Positions 1 through 13,569 are shown, numbered from the stretch's first letter. The stretch: DNA of 64,000 nt from Gonapodya sp. JEL0774 (GCA_027604505.1 JADIIX010000058.1:1-64000); one strand, 5' to 3'. The notes: generated by a model not told the origin, from the sequence alone. Program-made: numbers and translations.

Positions 1-1307
1 TCCCTCTTCTCCTTATCGGCCCTTTCCACTTCCTCCTTCCGCTGCCTTTCATCCTTCTCCTCTTGCTCACGCCTCATCCTGTCATTATACTCACGACGGT
101 GCTGCTCTGCTTCGTCGCGCTGGAGTCTCAGCCTCTCACGCTCAAGCTCCCTCGCCTCCCTCCGATCCTCCCGATCTGCTTCCCACCGTTCATGATCCTC
201 CTTCCGCTGAGTTTCCCTGGCTTCTTTCCTATCCACCGCTGATTCTTTTATAGACTCCGCGATAACTGCTGCAACGTGGGCCAAGGTTTCATTTGGACCT
301 CCATTTCTTGGTCGCTTTGAGGATGTTGCAGGTCCATGGATTGATGAAGTGTCGTCCTCGTCGAGGTCCACACTTCGGCTGCGGGATCTACTTTGGCGCC
401 TCTTCCGGTCGCCTACACGCTCCACTGCATCAAGCATAAGCTCTGCAGGAAACAGTGAGAAGCAATACACCAGGAGCAGAAAGAAACGTTGCACTTACGA
501 GCAACCTTTGCCTCATCCTCTGCTCTCTTGGCAGCGTTTTTGGCTCTCTCTGCATCCTCGTGCTCATCGTAGCTCCAATACTAGTTTAATTCCGTGCAAC
601 ATAAATTGAAGCCGTAGAACAGAAAGAACCATGGGTGTCTGCTCACCTCCTCAGAGTAATTATTCGCAAGTTCCTCCAGTTCCGTGTACTGCTCATCTGT
701 CCCAGATTTCAAGAGCGCCTCCATGTTGTCCCCTTCGACCTTCTTCAGTATTGTTTTGACCGCATCCATGCATCCTCTCCCGGTCACTCCTGCATATGTA
801 ACAGAGTCCTTCTCTTCCAATGCTTTTGCAATTCGCTCCCATTTCTCTGCAATTGTGACGACCTTTTCATTCTTTGTAATTGGGTCCAACTCACGCCCCT
901 TCATATATGGCTTCTTGTCCAGGCACTCCTTCAAGAGATCGATTCTCTTCGCTGGATTACTCCAGCGAAACTGACTTGCCTCGGCTGCAGGGACTGCAGC
1001 CAAAGGTTCTGCAGAGGGTTCTCCAGCAACTGATGGGTCGCCGGGCACCTAAGACCAGAAGCCCCGGCATTCAGCATGCCAACTCAGTCACACTACTTTT
1101 GTTATCAGCGCTCACAGGTGAAGGAACCGCCCCTCGTCCCCGTCCACGTGTTCCTCGTCCTCGTACTTGCGATCCCCCTCTTTCATCTCCACGGCCACGA
1201 CCCCGACCCCTCCCACGCGCCACTGCCCTGGTAGACTGTCCAGCATCGCCTGGGACTCCAAGAATTGCGCCGGCAAGGTCTGGGAGGGCTTGTAAGTTGC
1301 CGGACAT
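1..1307 (-). CDS. Myb/SANT-like (trihelix) DNA-binding protein with acidic/basic coiled-coil tail, of the type encoded by PIF/Harbinger-superfamily transposons; 3' end runs off the window
   Basis: ATG at 1307 and an RG-rich exon 1. An in-frame intron at 1115-1049 joins it to FRWSNPAKRIDLLKECLDKKPY...EKWERIAKAL...TGRGCMDAVKTIL...KSGTDEQYTELEEL. Further GT-AG introns (646-581 and about 498-443) lead into an E/R-rich coiled coil at 1-250. Confidence 0.7.
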
Positions 1308-1532
1308 GCTGCATAATTTGACACACCCGTCAGGGCAGAATCCAGCGCCAGCGGTTGCGGAAAAAGACTGAAATGTACTTTATGGTATCTTGGAAGTTCT
1401 GAGACGTGACGGTATGGCAGGATCGCTCTCGGTGAGCTGAGAAAATATGTATACGGGTAGCGGCTTTCTACTCGTTATTTTGAGATTCAGTTTTTACGAG
1501 TAAGTCATACAAAATATTGCACCCGTAATGTT

Positions 1533-1553
1533 CTACCCGTAATTTACGGGTAG
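1533..1553. repeat. Perfect 10-bp inverted repeat CTACCCGTAA-T-TTACGGGTAG with related motifs nearby
   Basis: Read directly. Variants occur at about 1452 (TACGGGTAG), 1469 (TACTCGTTA), 1494 (TTACGAGTA) and 1520 (CACCCGTAA). Confidence 0.9.
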
Positions 1554-2175
1554 CGCACATGCCCTATTCTCAGCGGGAAACCAGCAGGAAACTCGGCCGC
1601 AGCCCACACCACGGGAAAGCGCTCTCTCCGGGAAAGTTTCCCCCGCCCTTCTACGTTTTCCCCTCTTTCCCCCCTTCTTCTTCTCTCTCTTTCCCGCACT
1701 CTTTCCCTCTAAAGATAATACATTTTTTCTCTGGATCCTTAAAAATAACACACGCCAGGGTTGAGTGACTGCAGATCCGCCAGACTGCCAAAAAGAACGT
1801 GGCACGACACAACACATCATTTCTTACAAATAAAAGAAGTCTCCAACAGAGATCATATCATCATTCATGCAAGTGATAAGAAAGACAGGTGGGGAGAAAA
1901 TGAAAGCTGCCAAAATTAAGACACAAAACAATCCCCATGACACTCCTGTGCTCTCAATTCAACAGCTCCTATCAGGGTTTCTTCCACTTCCACACACTGT
2001 CTGTACACAGAACATACTCTTGACTCCAGTTCTGTACATGGTAGAGTGAGTTGATTGGAAATATCAGTCGAATAGAGTTCATGCGTTGGGATTTCCACAC
2101 TGGACGACATCCATAGCTTCTCACCATCTCTCCCTACCTGTCACGCACTGCTGACAGATCATTTTTGCACGTCCC

Positions 2176-3938
2176 TCAGAATTGAATCAAATCGTCACCA
2201 CCCCTTCTGGCAGCTGTCGGTCCCTGAGAATGCCCCTGGCCTGGCACTTGCACCTGCACAGGTTGCATCGCCTGTATACCTTGAGCTTGCACATAACCTG
2301 CTTGCTGGGAATGGTTCTGATACTGGTTTGCTCGAAGATGCTGCTCCTGGTACTGCATCCGCCCTCCTTGGCCGTCTGGGTAACCTCCCTGAGAGGTTCC
2401 GAATCCTCCCGCCCTGCTCCTGTCCAAGGGCTGCTCGTCACCACCAGGGAGGCTTTCGTACCTTCCTTGTGGTGACCGTGACCCAGAACTGAATCCTCCA
2501 CCCCCCCCTGCACCAGATCCACCACTGTCGCCGGACCCGTCCTCGTCTGATTTCCCCCGCAGGGTGCTAAAGAAGGAAATCGCACCACGCTTGATGCCTT
2601 CCCCGATATTAGAGAGCTTGTCGCCGATGTTAGTTGGTACGGTGGTGTCGGATGTGGTTGGGGTCACAGGTACGCTGCCCCGGGATTGATGTACTGCAGC
2701 GGCGGTAGCGGCTCTGGAGTAGCGGAATGGCGTATGAAGCAACGGGACAGTGAAGGGAGGAAACAGGTGCGTAATCAGGCCCCCACAGGCCGGCGATCGT
2801 TCAAGTATCAAAATTCGTTCAAAATTAACCACACTCCGCACAGCCAGCCAATGGAACAGTTCAGTGACCGCACTCATAGGTGCAAGCGGAGGCTCCCACT
2901 TCATGTCTGGGAACGCCGCTCCATTCCGCAAGCCCGATTCACAGTCCAACATTACTTTTCACCACTCTCACTGTGCTCGTACTCGTTCGACGATGACGAT
3001 CAAGAAAATACTTTGCACACCCCATGCCAGTCCACCGATTGAGCATCCTGTCGACCTCATCCGATACCCTCAAATGACATTAACCATCAATTCCTAATTT
3101 TGTCGGCTTTATCGTCATCTCAAAGCGCCACCCTAACAACATCACCACAAACCACGATGCGGTCATCAGACCTCGCATGGCAAGCCACTAACACCCACCC
3201 ATTACCGGACTACTCACTCTTCTTCCTGAATCTGTAGCTGCAGAGCATACTCCTCGTCCTGGAGCTGTTGTGCGATTTGCGCGTCGTTCACAGGCTGCAA
3301 GACAAAGGGGGGAGTAAATGCGGCGTCGTATTACTTGCGCGAAGGAAAGAAAGATCAGTCTGGACACTCACTCCGTGGGAACGGGGACTGGGATTGGTGC
3401 GAGCAGATGGTGGAGCGGGTTCGGGAATGGAGGCGCCTTCCAGGAGAGAATTAATGGTTTGTTCGACATTGTTCTGTAGTGGGATGCAAGTTGGTGTGGT
3501 AGAGACAAGTTGGATGGAGTACGAGGGGTAAGGGCCAGGCTCACATTGTTCGCCGCGAGAAACTCCGTAAGGGTAGCGTCGTCAAGATGGGGGAAAAGAT
3601 CTTTGAGCTGGAATGGTTGAGATTGAGAATAGAGTGAAAGGGTTAGAGCGATGCGAAGGAAAATGGTTCAATTTAAGGTGCAAGTGAGGATTGGGGAGTG
3701 GGGATGGGCACTAGTGCTTGTTGTGTTAATCAGGGTGTGGTGTACGAGCCTCGTCTTGTAGTTGGGTCGGCGAACACCGCAAAACGTGGTTCTCAGATCC
3801 ATCCATTCCACCCACCCCGTTCATACTGCTCTCGCGATGACATCACATGAATCCCAGGTTTCCCATATCTTCCCCGCAAGATCCCAATTGGGGTGGTGCA
3901 ATCGAGTGCCTTGTACCCACTTGCGATACTCCAGACAT
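2176..3938 (-). CDS. CUE-domain ubiquitin-binding protein (Cue5-like)
   Basis: Spliced N-terminus MSGVSQ|LKDLFPHLDDATLTEFLAANN|NNVEQTINSLLEG shows the CUE FP motif and di-leucine. It is followed by QIAQQLQDEEYALQLQ and a G/Q-rich tail ending DDLIQF at 2176. Confidence 0.8.
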
Positions 3939-4781
3939 ATCTGGTTATCCTTGATGTTCTTCAATGTTCTGTTATTGATTCTGGTTTTATCTCACTGATT
4001 CAGGTGGACCAGACCTTGCACTCAACAACTTCGAAGTTGATTTCAATTTTGCAGGATATGCAGCTCTGTGTTTGAGGCGCTCTGCTGAGTTTCAAGGAAC
4101 CTTTGGTCGTCGGGGAGACCCGATCAGGATCCAAACATCAATTCAATGGCATTTGCCAATTTTGAAGTTCGCTTATAAAGAGTTTGAGTGGTGTCGAGAT
4201 TTGCACTGCCTTTCTCATCATGCAATAGGAACTCATCCGTATTTACAAATGATGCTATTTCTACTCTTTGACCAAATGTCTACTGCCACTCCCGAAACAG
4301 CCAGCAATTGTTTATCTGATTCCAAGATCACTTCTCCCACTTGGGAATGGCAGAGAAGGCACAGCCTCATCCGGCATGGAAAAGCGGGTGGCGCGACAAC
4401 CAAAGGAGTAGGAGTGTTTTCTCTCTGAGGACGCAGAGATGTTCCACGCGTGATGAGAAGGAGACTGAAGTCAGCAAATTGCATTCCCTGATTCCCTGGT
4501 TTCCGGGTTGACACTAAGATGTACATGCGCTAAGACTCATTCATTGATGTGTTTTGTTTTGTTGAATTCGAGCAGACCTGAAGTCGGTGCTTCGTAACCA
4601 GTAACCCGACGCAATTATAAAAGGCAGTGATTTAATTGCATGTGCGATGCATAAATGTCCCGATAATGGATGAGTAAATGTGGGGTGACGAATGCTTGCC
4701 AAATTCGGGCAAATGCGGACGAGTGGTGGATCGACATGGACTTCCACAATTGACAAATCCCATTCAACGAAACTATAGACA

Positions 4782-7700
4782 ATGTCCACTCCGAATCCAT
4801 CTAATCTCAATTCGCCACAGTCGGAACTTGCCACATCTTTCGCTCGAAATCCCATATCCGATATTGCGGATAAGCTGGGGCACATCTTACCTGAGGTAAG
4901 TGATGCTTCTCCGCGCAAAACAGCAACCGGAACTCGTAAATGAGAGTGGATTTCTGTAAATCTGTGAGCGGTTGGGGAGCGGGCTGGGGGCGGGTGCTTG
5001 ATTCACCCCCGATCTTCTTCTTTGGATTGCACTATCATTCTTGGACTCGCGCCAACCTCTCCGAAGTTTCTCCTCCGAATTGACTCTCGTCTTTCTCTAG
5101 ATCCGTTTTCGCGCGGCAAAATCCTTATCCCTCAAACTCGACGCGGGATTGGTGGAACCCGGTAGGTGTCGCTCAGGGGAGTCAACCGTCCAGTCAGTTC
5201 CAGTCTGTGGAGGTCCTTCCGACTGCTTGCTTCGACCGACGAACGGTAATCTGTGTTGTGAAGAGGTGCTCTACTGTTCGTTTGATGATATGAGGAGAAG
5301 GAGTTCAGGTTGGGACGGACACCAGCTCAGTCTCTCAAAGTCGGTTCCAACTTTTTTTCCCGAGAGGGATCCTGCCTGCCTCAACATTATTGCTATCTTA
5401 CTTGCCCCACTCGTGGACGTATCACCTCTCGAATCCCCGACCCACTGCGATCCTTCACCAAACACAAACCATTTTTATGACAGCTGATCTCGTTCACGAT
5501 CACCACCTCGCATCTCAGCTCGTCCGTGCGCTCGATGAGAGTCTCAAAGGTGATGCTACCACGGACGTCACCACCCAGCAGCATTATGAGACTCCTTCCA
5601 CAACCATCAAACAGAGCAATGTAGATCCGGTTCTTTCTATCATTCTCCGACTTGCGACGGTGCGCTCTCACGGTGTCACAATATGTCTTTCCCCCCTTCT
5701 TTGCTCTGATCTTCACACTAACTCACACTTCTTTGCCACACACATAAATCTCCCCCACTAGCATCCCCCAACCTGCCGCAGGCTCATCCAGTCTGGCGCC
5801 ATCGCCGCCCTCCAACAGCTCAAACTTCGTGTAAACGCAGAAACTGGGCACTTGGCCGATATGGCACTTAAGCAGCTACTGTATATGCGTGGAGACGATG
5901 AGCCAGGGAAGAGGACACGGACAGGCGGCGATGGATGGGAAGGGGATGCTGGGACGGAAAAGGGGAAACGGACAGATGAGGCACACCAAATTTTGGTTTC
6001 GGTACCCTCTTTGAACTCGCCACCACTCCCGCCGGCTCTTGCACCACCCGGAGTCACACCTTTCCCTACTCATGCTTCCTCGGATGCGACCGTTAACCGC
6101 TGGCGCGACGCGGCACCCGGATCGATACGAGATCGGTCGGGGACTGTAAAGGGTGTTGGGTCACACTCAGTGGGATACCATATCACAGATGTCAGTCAGT
6201 ATCACGGCCACCAAAAACACAGCGCATCTCAAGGACCTTCGAGATCTAGGAGAATTCTATCACCATCTCCGAAGTTCAAATGTGAGGTCGATGCTGCGAT
6301 GAACTCTCAACGGAGGCCCGATGTCTCACTACCTTCACAGTCCCATCCGTTCAGAACTCCTTCCCCGTCTTCCCCTACATTCATCCCTCCCTTCAAGACG
6401 AATCTCTCATTGACACATTTGCCGGCTTGGTTTCTAACGTTCGCCTGGATGAGCACGAGTTCACTGTCGGGGCCCCTGAACCGGGTTTTATATCGTGGGA
6501 TTTGGAGACGCATTTGTTTGATGTTCTGGCATTGGATTTCGGAGCAGCGGTGTTTTTGCAAAGGGCAGGATTATTCAGGGTAAGCGTAGTTTTAGGTCCA
6601 GGTCTTCGCTCGAGCAAATACATCCTGTTGACTCAACCCTGTATAAAACAGGGTATCCTCGCTGGCCTTTCCTCCTCCGACTTCAAACGCTTTGCTCGAT
6701 CCCTGCAGTATCTCGACCAGCTTAGTTTTGAATGGGCGAAGGCACTCCGCCGTGCCGCAGACACCGTCGAGCACGCCCCACCTTCCACCTCGCGAAACGG
6801 CACACCGAATGTGACTGCGTCCGCTTTACCGGGCTTGGGTAGCGTGAATGGCACTGGCAATATAGTCGGCGCTTTAAGCGAATCGGACCTGCGCGGACTG
6901 GACACCGCAAGAATTGAGTCCTCTGTGGCAACTCCAGACGATTCAGTGTCCGTCACGTATGCAGCGCATGAAATAGTGATGGCTGCATTAAAAGTCATGA
7001 GGGCTAGACCTGAGAATTTCTCCGGCCTCGTGGAGCTGTGTCACAATTTGATCCCCTTTATTGCGTTGCATGTGGAATCGGTAACAGAGATAAAGGGGCC
7101 GAGTGCGGATCGCAGTGGAGACAACTCCTTGTTGTTCAGGTTTCACCTGATAAAAACGTACCTGTGGGTTCTTGTGGAGACGGCGATTGCGGTGGGGGAT
7201 AATGCAATCGGAAGCGAAAAGGCGGTTGAAGTAGGGACTAGGAGTAACAAGCGTGTGGGGTTGGGAGTGGTTGACAAGTTGGATATATTGCTTGAGATGG
7301 CATTGGATTTGGTTGTAGCCACGATGAGAGTTCCCATGGTACGTCACGGCTGAGTTAAGTTCCGCTGGCATCCTCACGACGTCATTTCAAACCGCGGCAT
7401 CCAGGAACCTGAAGCAGCCGGGATCTTCTGGGGCTCTCTCGACTTCCTCCTTGATTCCTGTGTCTTCCCCAACTTCTCAAGGGTTCTGACTAGTGCGGTC
7501 ACGCACCGCAAGTGGCGGACTCGGTCAGACAAATTAGAGATCTTGGACGACGTTTTGATTTTGCTGATGCGACACACGAACCTCAATGTTGTCATTACAG
7601 TGTACCAAACGATCAGGGACTCGATTCGTCACGTAGACAATGACTCGCCGGGATGCATCCTGACCTTGAACATATTATACGAGGTGACCACTGCACTGCA

Positions 7701-10700
7701 AGGAAATTCGGAGGTAGTGAGTGCACTCTATTGGCGAGGTCTTGGTGTTGGCTAGAACTCGGATTCCATTTTATGATCACGATCACACGCGCCCATCCGA
7801 TAGTTGCAATCAGTCGGATTGGAGATCTTGCGTCTTGCTCTGATCGGCAATTTGGAGTGCCCCCCTCAATTAGTTGTAGCCTGCCTTCCATGGCTACAGT
7901 CAGCTCAGGGTCTAGACAACGGAGCCTTGATGGAAAGAGCCTACACAAAAGTCAGTGAACATCTGACGTTGGACCAGAAATGCGAATTGTTCCTTCGTGG
8001 ACGTTTGCACAAGAATGCAAAGTGAGTGAATGTGCAGGTACCGCACCACCTAAGATCACCGGTTGCGATGTGGCTATTCGTCAGTGCTCGCTTGTGGGCC
8101 ACCCAACGGCTCAAAGAGTTACTCGGAATGGGAAGCGAAGTCTCACTAGAGGAACAGAATGGGCTCCTCTTCTCATATTCCGTTCGCACTGCCCTGGAAG
8201 GAGATGTATATCACCTTGCCGTTGGACAATCGCACTCAGTGAGTGCAGAGAGTCGTAGAATCGTGCTGGTTCCGCCCTCTCCTTCAAACGCATGATCCCA
8301 ACCTTGCGTCGACGCTAGGATTGTTCGGAACCTTTTCACTCGCTTCTCCCTAGCGTGGGAGCGGACTACCAAAAGGTTTCCGAGATGCTCCGGAGTCACA
8401 TTGTGATGTTAAAGAGTGAGAGGAAGAGTGCGAAATGAACAGCGGTGATGCAAACGAACCCCAATTAAATTATCTTTTTCGTTTCAAGTTTCTAGGAAGT
8501 TTTCACCTGACTGGCGGGATATCGTGGTACTGCAGGAATGGGTGACGCAAACGACATTGGAAGAGCAAACACGGAGACCAATTTGTCTGTGCTTGCACTT
8601 TCTCAACATGGCGGCTGACCTCAATGATGGTGCTGTTCTCTTTAAAGATCCTCATTCTGGCTTTCTGAGGAAGCTCGGAGAGCGTGCGTATCGCGTTGCA
8701 AGGACAGAACGCAAAGGTCTCCTCGCTTCCATTCATTTGAACTTTTCTCAGTCTCATATTCTAGTGACATGACCCTAAGATACGAATTAGGACTTCTCGT
8801 TTCAAAAGTTTTCCTCCGAATCGAATTGTTTTGTCAATCGGATAAGATACTCCGAATTGCGACGGCAAGAAGCATGTTGGATAACTTTGCTGTCTCAAGC
8901 AACGTAAAAGCTGTCGATATGGAAGAAGGACCTGCTGAAATCACTACTGAATCTGCAAATACCATCTGGGAACTCGCTAAGGGTGAGTGCGAGTGACATT
9001 CGATCATCAGCGGAGTCTTCAAAGTGACGGCGGTCCGACTCCAGGTTGGCGGTATTGTATCCAGAATGTGACAAGTCGATACGGATCGCACTTGCACTTA
9101 TTGCAATTCTCGAAGAATCATACCGAATTTCTCTCTGCCATCACCGATCTCGAGAGTGGCTGTGTATCTGCTGATGATTTTCAGCAAATTGTTCGTATGG
9201 GCGGGGTCAAGGTGCTGGAAAGGTGAGTCAAGAACCTGAGCAGAAGCTACCAGTTTCGTCTGTACAACCTGAGCAATGGCTTTGTTACCTGAATGGAGGT
9301 TTGTCACAGTACCACCCACTACAACAGAGGATATTATCCTGGTTCGACGGATAGTCATTTTCTTCGGCAAAGCGCTCAGAAAGGGTGGTGGCACAGAAGA
9401 ATTGCGATCGCTGCTTTTGAGTTGCTTTCAAGGCGTATTCTCAACTCTAGCTGCAAAGGGCCTCCACCAGGCTCTCATTCAGCCTTTGGATATGGACCTC
9501 GAAGATGCTGAAGGGAATCGAGAGCTTCACCATTTCACGACAGATGTGGTACAACTTCTTAGGTGGTTTCTAGCTGTTTGTCCGGACGAAGACGTAGTGC
9601 GGTTGGCATCCACGACTTCTTGGTTGCATAGCCTTCGCAATTTGACTGAGTTCCAATTTGCGCTCGAAACTGCAAGCTCCAAAACCCACGTGGATCGTCT
9701 GAATTGTCTGTATTGCTTACTCAGCTTTATGAGCCTACCATCTGTCACTGCCCTCGTAGATGGAGACGTAATAGCGTCAGTAATTCATCTTTTCGTCCAA
9801 ATTCTGGGTCTCCTTCAAGAGAAGTATTTTGGTGGTACAAACGGTGGTGATTTCACCTATGAGGATCGGAGCGTTTACCGGGCTGTCGCGTTGGGACTCA
9901 GAAATGCATCGCGCAGCATCACTGTGTACCCGGAAGCGGAGAGGCCTTGGATGTGGGGAGATCACTGGCTCTACCAAAATGATATAGATTGGCTCTCTTT
10001 AATGCTCACGGATGATGAGAGGCAGATTCAGAAGTGCGCTCTTGGTATTCTCGGAAATCTTACTCTGATTAAAGGCAGCTATCAACATCTGTGTGTGAAG
10101 ATACCGCAATTCTTGGATATGGCGTTTTCATACGTCTTAGATTGGGAACGGCCTGAGGGACCTAGAAAGGAAGCTTTGCAAATAATCAACAATTTTCTGA
10201 TTACGTTCTGTCATGACAATGGCCTCGACAACGCCAGGCTAGTCTCACAAGCTGAAAGTGCACCCAGAAACAATGGGGAAAGTTCAAGCGACATGAATTA
10301 CACGTACAATCCAGTCAAAGAACTACTTGGTATCTTCGAGGCATGCGGATTCTTTGAGAAACTGGCCGATGTACTCAATGTCGAAGTTACCCAACCTGAG
10401 TATCGACTTGCGTTAGCCGAATTGCTCGTCAACCTCTGTATAGTAGCCCCTGAGTTTTTTCGCAATTTATTCTGCGATCTATCCATTTGGCGTAATTTGT
10501 GTCGCAACCTCCAGGACGAGCCTTCCGATTATGCGCGTACACAAGCTCCCGCTTTGCAATTGTACCGAAACTTTGTAGCAGGGCAGTTTGATTTGATTTA
10601 TCGAGTAGATGTGGACCTCATCAGGACCAGGACACTTCAAACTATCTGGATTCTCACGCACAACAGTGATTCTGTGAAAAAAGTCGTCCTAACAACCAGT

Positions 10701-12768
10701 GACATAATGAATACTCTGATGCGTCTGTTGTCGCGCACAGCTGTACTGCGGAATACCAATCATCGGCAATTTCAAATCGTGGGCCTCTGCTGCGACGTGT
10801 TGTGTTGTTTAATGGCAGATTTCTTTCAATTGGCGAATCCACGGACCGCAATGCACGTGTTCGAGAGGGAAGTGCTGTATCGATCATTGATTAACTGTTT
10901 CCAAGTGATCAGGACAAAGACTATGGATCCTGCAGTCAGTCGCTCAGGAATCCTCTTCGTAGCACGTGTGATCTCCATTCACTTTGGAGAATCATTTGAC
11001 TTGGGCTTAGATGACATATTTTTGGAACCTCTGCCGGATAGCATTATCGGAACTTCACAGACTCTACTGGGCAAGGAGTTATGTCGATGCCTGATACATT
11101 CATACTATCGAGAACAAAATGATCCCAAACGAGATCTTCCTCTGATGGAAGCTTTACAAGTATCTTTGCAGTCTTTATTGGGGAAATGTCCCTTTGCCAA
11201 AGAAGTAGCTTTGGCAGGTATGTAGATCCTGGGTTCTACGCTTGAGCGTTCTGATTTGCTCCTCGTGTATTGTCGATCAAACAGAGGACTTTTTGGCGGC
11301 GCTGGTCCAGAAGTTGTGGGCAGACTTGCGAGAGGTAACACTCAATTTTGTTCGTCTTATTTGCAAGGTTTAACAAGGGCCATGGGGTCAATTCAATAGG
11401 TTCCCTTGGATCCTGGTCGCCATCAAGAAAGTATTGCGGGGACCTTCTCTCTTTTACGGCACCTGCTTGCTGGTGGACCGGAAGTGAAAGTAAGGGACCC
11501 TGTTTGGTTAGTCAGAGATAGAGACAGAACAGTGATCATATCTGTCCCAGTTGCTTGCCACGGATGTCGGTGTACACAACCTTTGTGGGATGTACTTGCG
11601 CACTCGAGAGAACGAAGTCATCTCAAACTCCCTTAAGATTGAGGTTCTGGGTTGTGTTCGCAATCTCATCGCGAATTGTCCAGTAGCGAAAAGAATGGTA
11701 GTTGACGTCACATCTACACAAACAGATACCCCTTCTGTTTTGGATGGACTTCTTAGGCTGGCAGTCCGTTCATCCAGAGAGTCAATCGATGTCTTCGCAT
11801 CCAGTGTGGAAGTTCTTAACATTCTGATTCTGACCAGCGAGGCGCGAAACATCATGTTGAAGGTTGGTCAATTGCTGTTGTTCTGCCGCTCATGACTTTA
11901 TTGCAGTGGAACTCTTGGTGTTTCGTTAGACTTCACTTGTTGGAGAACTCACGAAAGTTCTAGGCCGCTTTATTCGTGCAAAAGATAATACGGGATTAGC
12001 GATTCTCCTCCCTTTGCTCTATCTTTTGACTTTGGAAACAGATATTCCGATGCAGCTTCTGAAGACTGAAGGTTCTCATTTACCTTTGTTGCTGTGAACC
12101 CACCGCAACAGCTCTAACCTCCTCGTCCATACAGGCCTACTACTTGGCCTCATTGATGCGCTTGGTATGAAGTCCTCAAGTATCCGATTCGAGACGCTAC
12201 TCGTTTTGTACAACTTGGGTTCAACAAAGGAAAGTCGTCCCTTTTTCCTTCTTGGTGAGTGAACCGAGGGGTTTAGTTGTCTCTCTTTCACTAACACACC
12301 AGAGTTAGATGGCGTCATGCCGAAACTCTTGACATCGCTCGACGTTAAGAGTCCAAAGATCCTAAGCCTTTCTTTATCTCTTCTTTGGGTACTACTGGTC
12401 AACCACCAGAAGGTAGAGAACTCTCCTGTCTGCAAATTTTTGATTGCAAAAGCTCATCATTATGTATGTTGTTTCTCAAGACAAAGGTAACTTACAAAAA
12501 GTTTAATGTTGTCACCATACTACTTGATGTATTTGCGAAATTGAAGCTCGGTACGTTTTGTTTCCCTTCCTCCGTTGTTTGTGAGACAACTGATACTGCG
12601 CCTTGGCCAACAACACATCCAGAATATCCATCGATTTACCATCTCCATGCGTCTGCCGCCGAGCACGAAATGTCCGATCGAGAGCAGCTGCCACTCCACG
12701 AAGCCAATGACGTCCACGTATTTGAATCCTTTAAATCCATTCGTGCTATTAATTCGATATTATCCTAG
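4782..12768 (+). CDS. RTTN: Rotatin (centriole/basal body ARM-repeat protein), multi-exon
   Basis: Spliced N-terminus DKLGHILPE|IRFRAAKSLSLKL matches the rotatin KLGHxLxEIRxRAL motif. About 8 kb of Leu-rich helical-repeat exons follow (including the 9276-11225 ORF), with C-terminal LLWVLLVNHQK. Internal exon boundaries were not all resolved. Confidence 0.85.
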
Positions 12769-12844
12769 AATACGAATTTTCCTAAACCATGAGAATCCTA
12801 AACCATTTGAATATGTACAGTGCTCAAGAAATCATCATTCATTC

Positions 12845-13569
12845 TCAGACGTTGGACTGCTTGTATGCGCTAACATCTAGTACTTTGATGCCACACCTTT
12901 GGTTTGGGTACTTCAGTCAGCCTTGAAAAGTTCGAAGTGCCCATTCGGAATCACTCACATGGCACATATTCCGTTCTTGTAGGAGCAGCCCTGACAGTAA
13001 TGCGCTCCTTCTGCCAAGAGGAGATGATACGTGGATTGGTTCCCTTGTAGAACCGGCGCAGAGCAACTCACCTTGATGAACCCGGGATTTGCAGGATTTG
13101 CACGTTTTTTCATACGGAGCAAACTTGTTTTTGTGCGACTTGGAGAGCAGTTTGTTCTCTCCAACCTTTCTACCGGAAGAGCCCGCCGACGACGAACGAG
13201 ACCCGTCTCTCCAAGGTTCGGGCTTCAGATTGTAATATAGAAGTCAGACCGCCGAGTGACAGATTGTAACGAAAGGTCATGAAACCGTTCAGAGTCAGAC
13301 AGCCGAGTGACAGGTGGTACGGGAGGGATCATGTGGTTGGTGCGGGACGAGATGCAGTGCAAAATGAAGCAGTGAGGAACCCGCCAAAGAGACACGACGG
13401 TCGAAAATCCAGCGCCACATCGAGAGTTGAGTAGTCAGCATGTTGCAGTTGAAGTGTTTTGTCGGATATGACAGACGATTTTGAAACAACAGGATCCGTA
13501 AAAATGATACCGGAGGACACTTACGTGAGAGAGAGCCTTCAGTTTTCCTTCGCATTTCTTGCAGACCAT
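12845..13569 (-). CDS. CRIPT: CRIPT cysteine-rich PDZ-binding protein
   Basis: Four exons give MVCKKCEGKLKALSH|PEPWRDGSR...GRKVGENKLLSK...FAPYEKTCKSCKSRVHQE|GAHYCQGCSYKNGICAM|CGIKVLDVSAYKQSNV*, the canonical CRIPT pattern. Confidence 0.95.

Larger units (their letters stand above)
1..1565. mobile_element. Probable terminal part of a PIF/Harbinger (PHIS) superfamily DNA transposon
   Basis: Contains the Myb/SANT-like gene and a cluster of TAC(C/T)CGTAA-type motifs at 1452-1553. The terminus reads (A)GGGCATGTGCGCTACCCGTAA on the minus strand from 1564/1565, resembling GGGCATGT-type TIRs. The transposase and the other TIR are not in the window. Confidence 0.45.
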
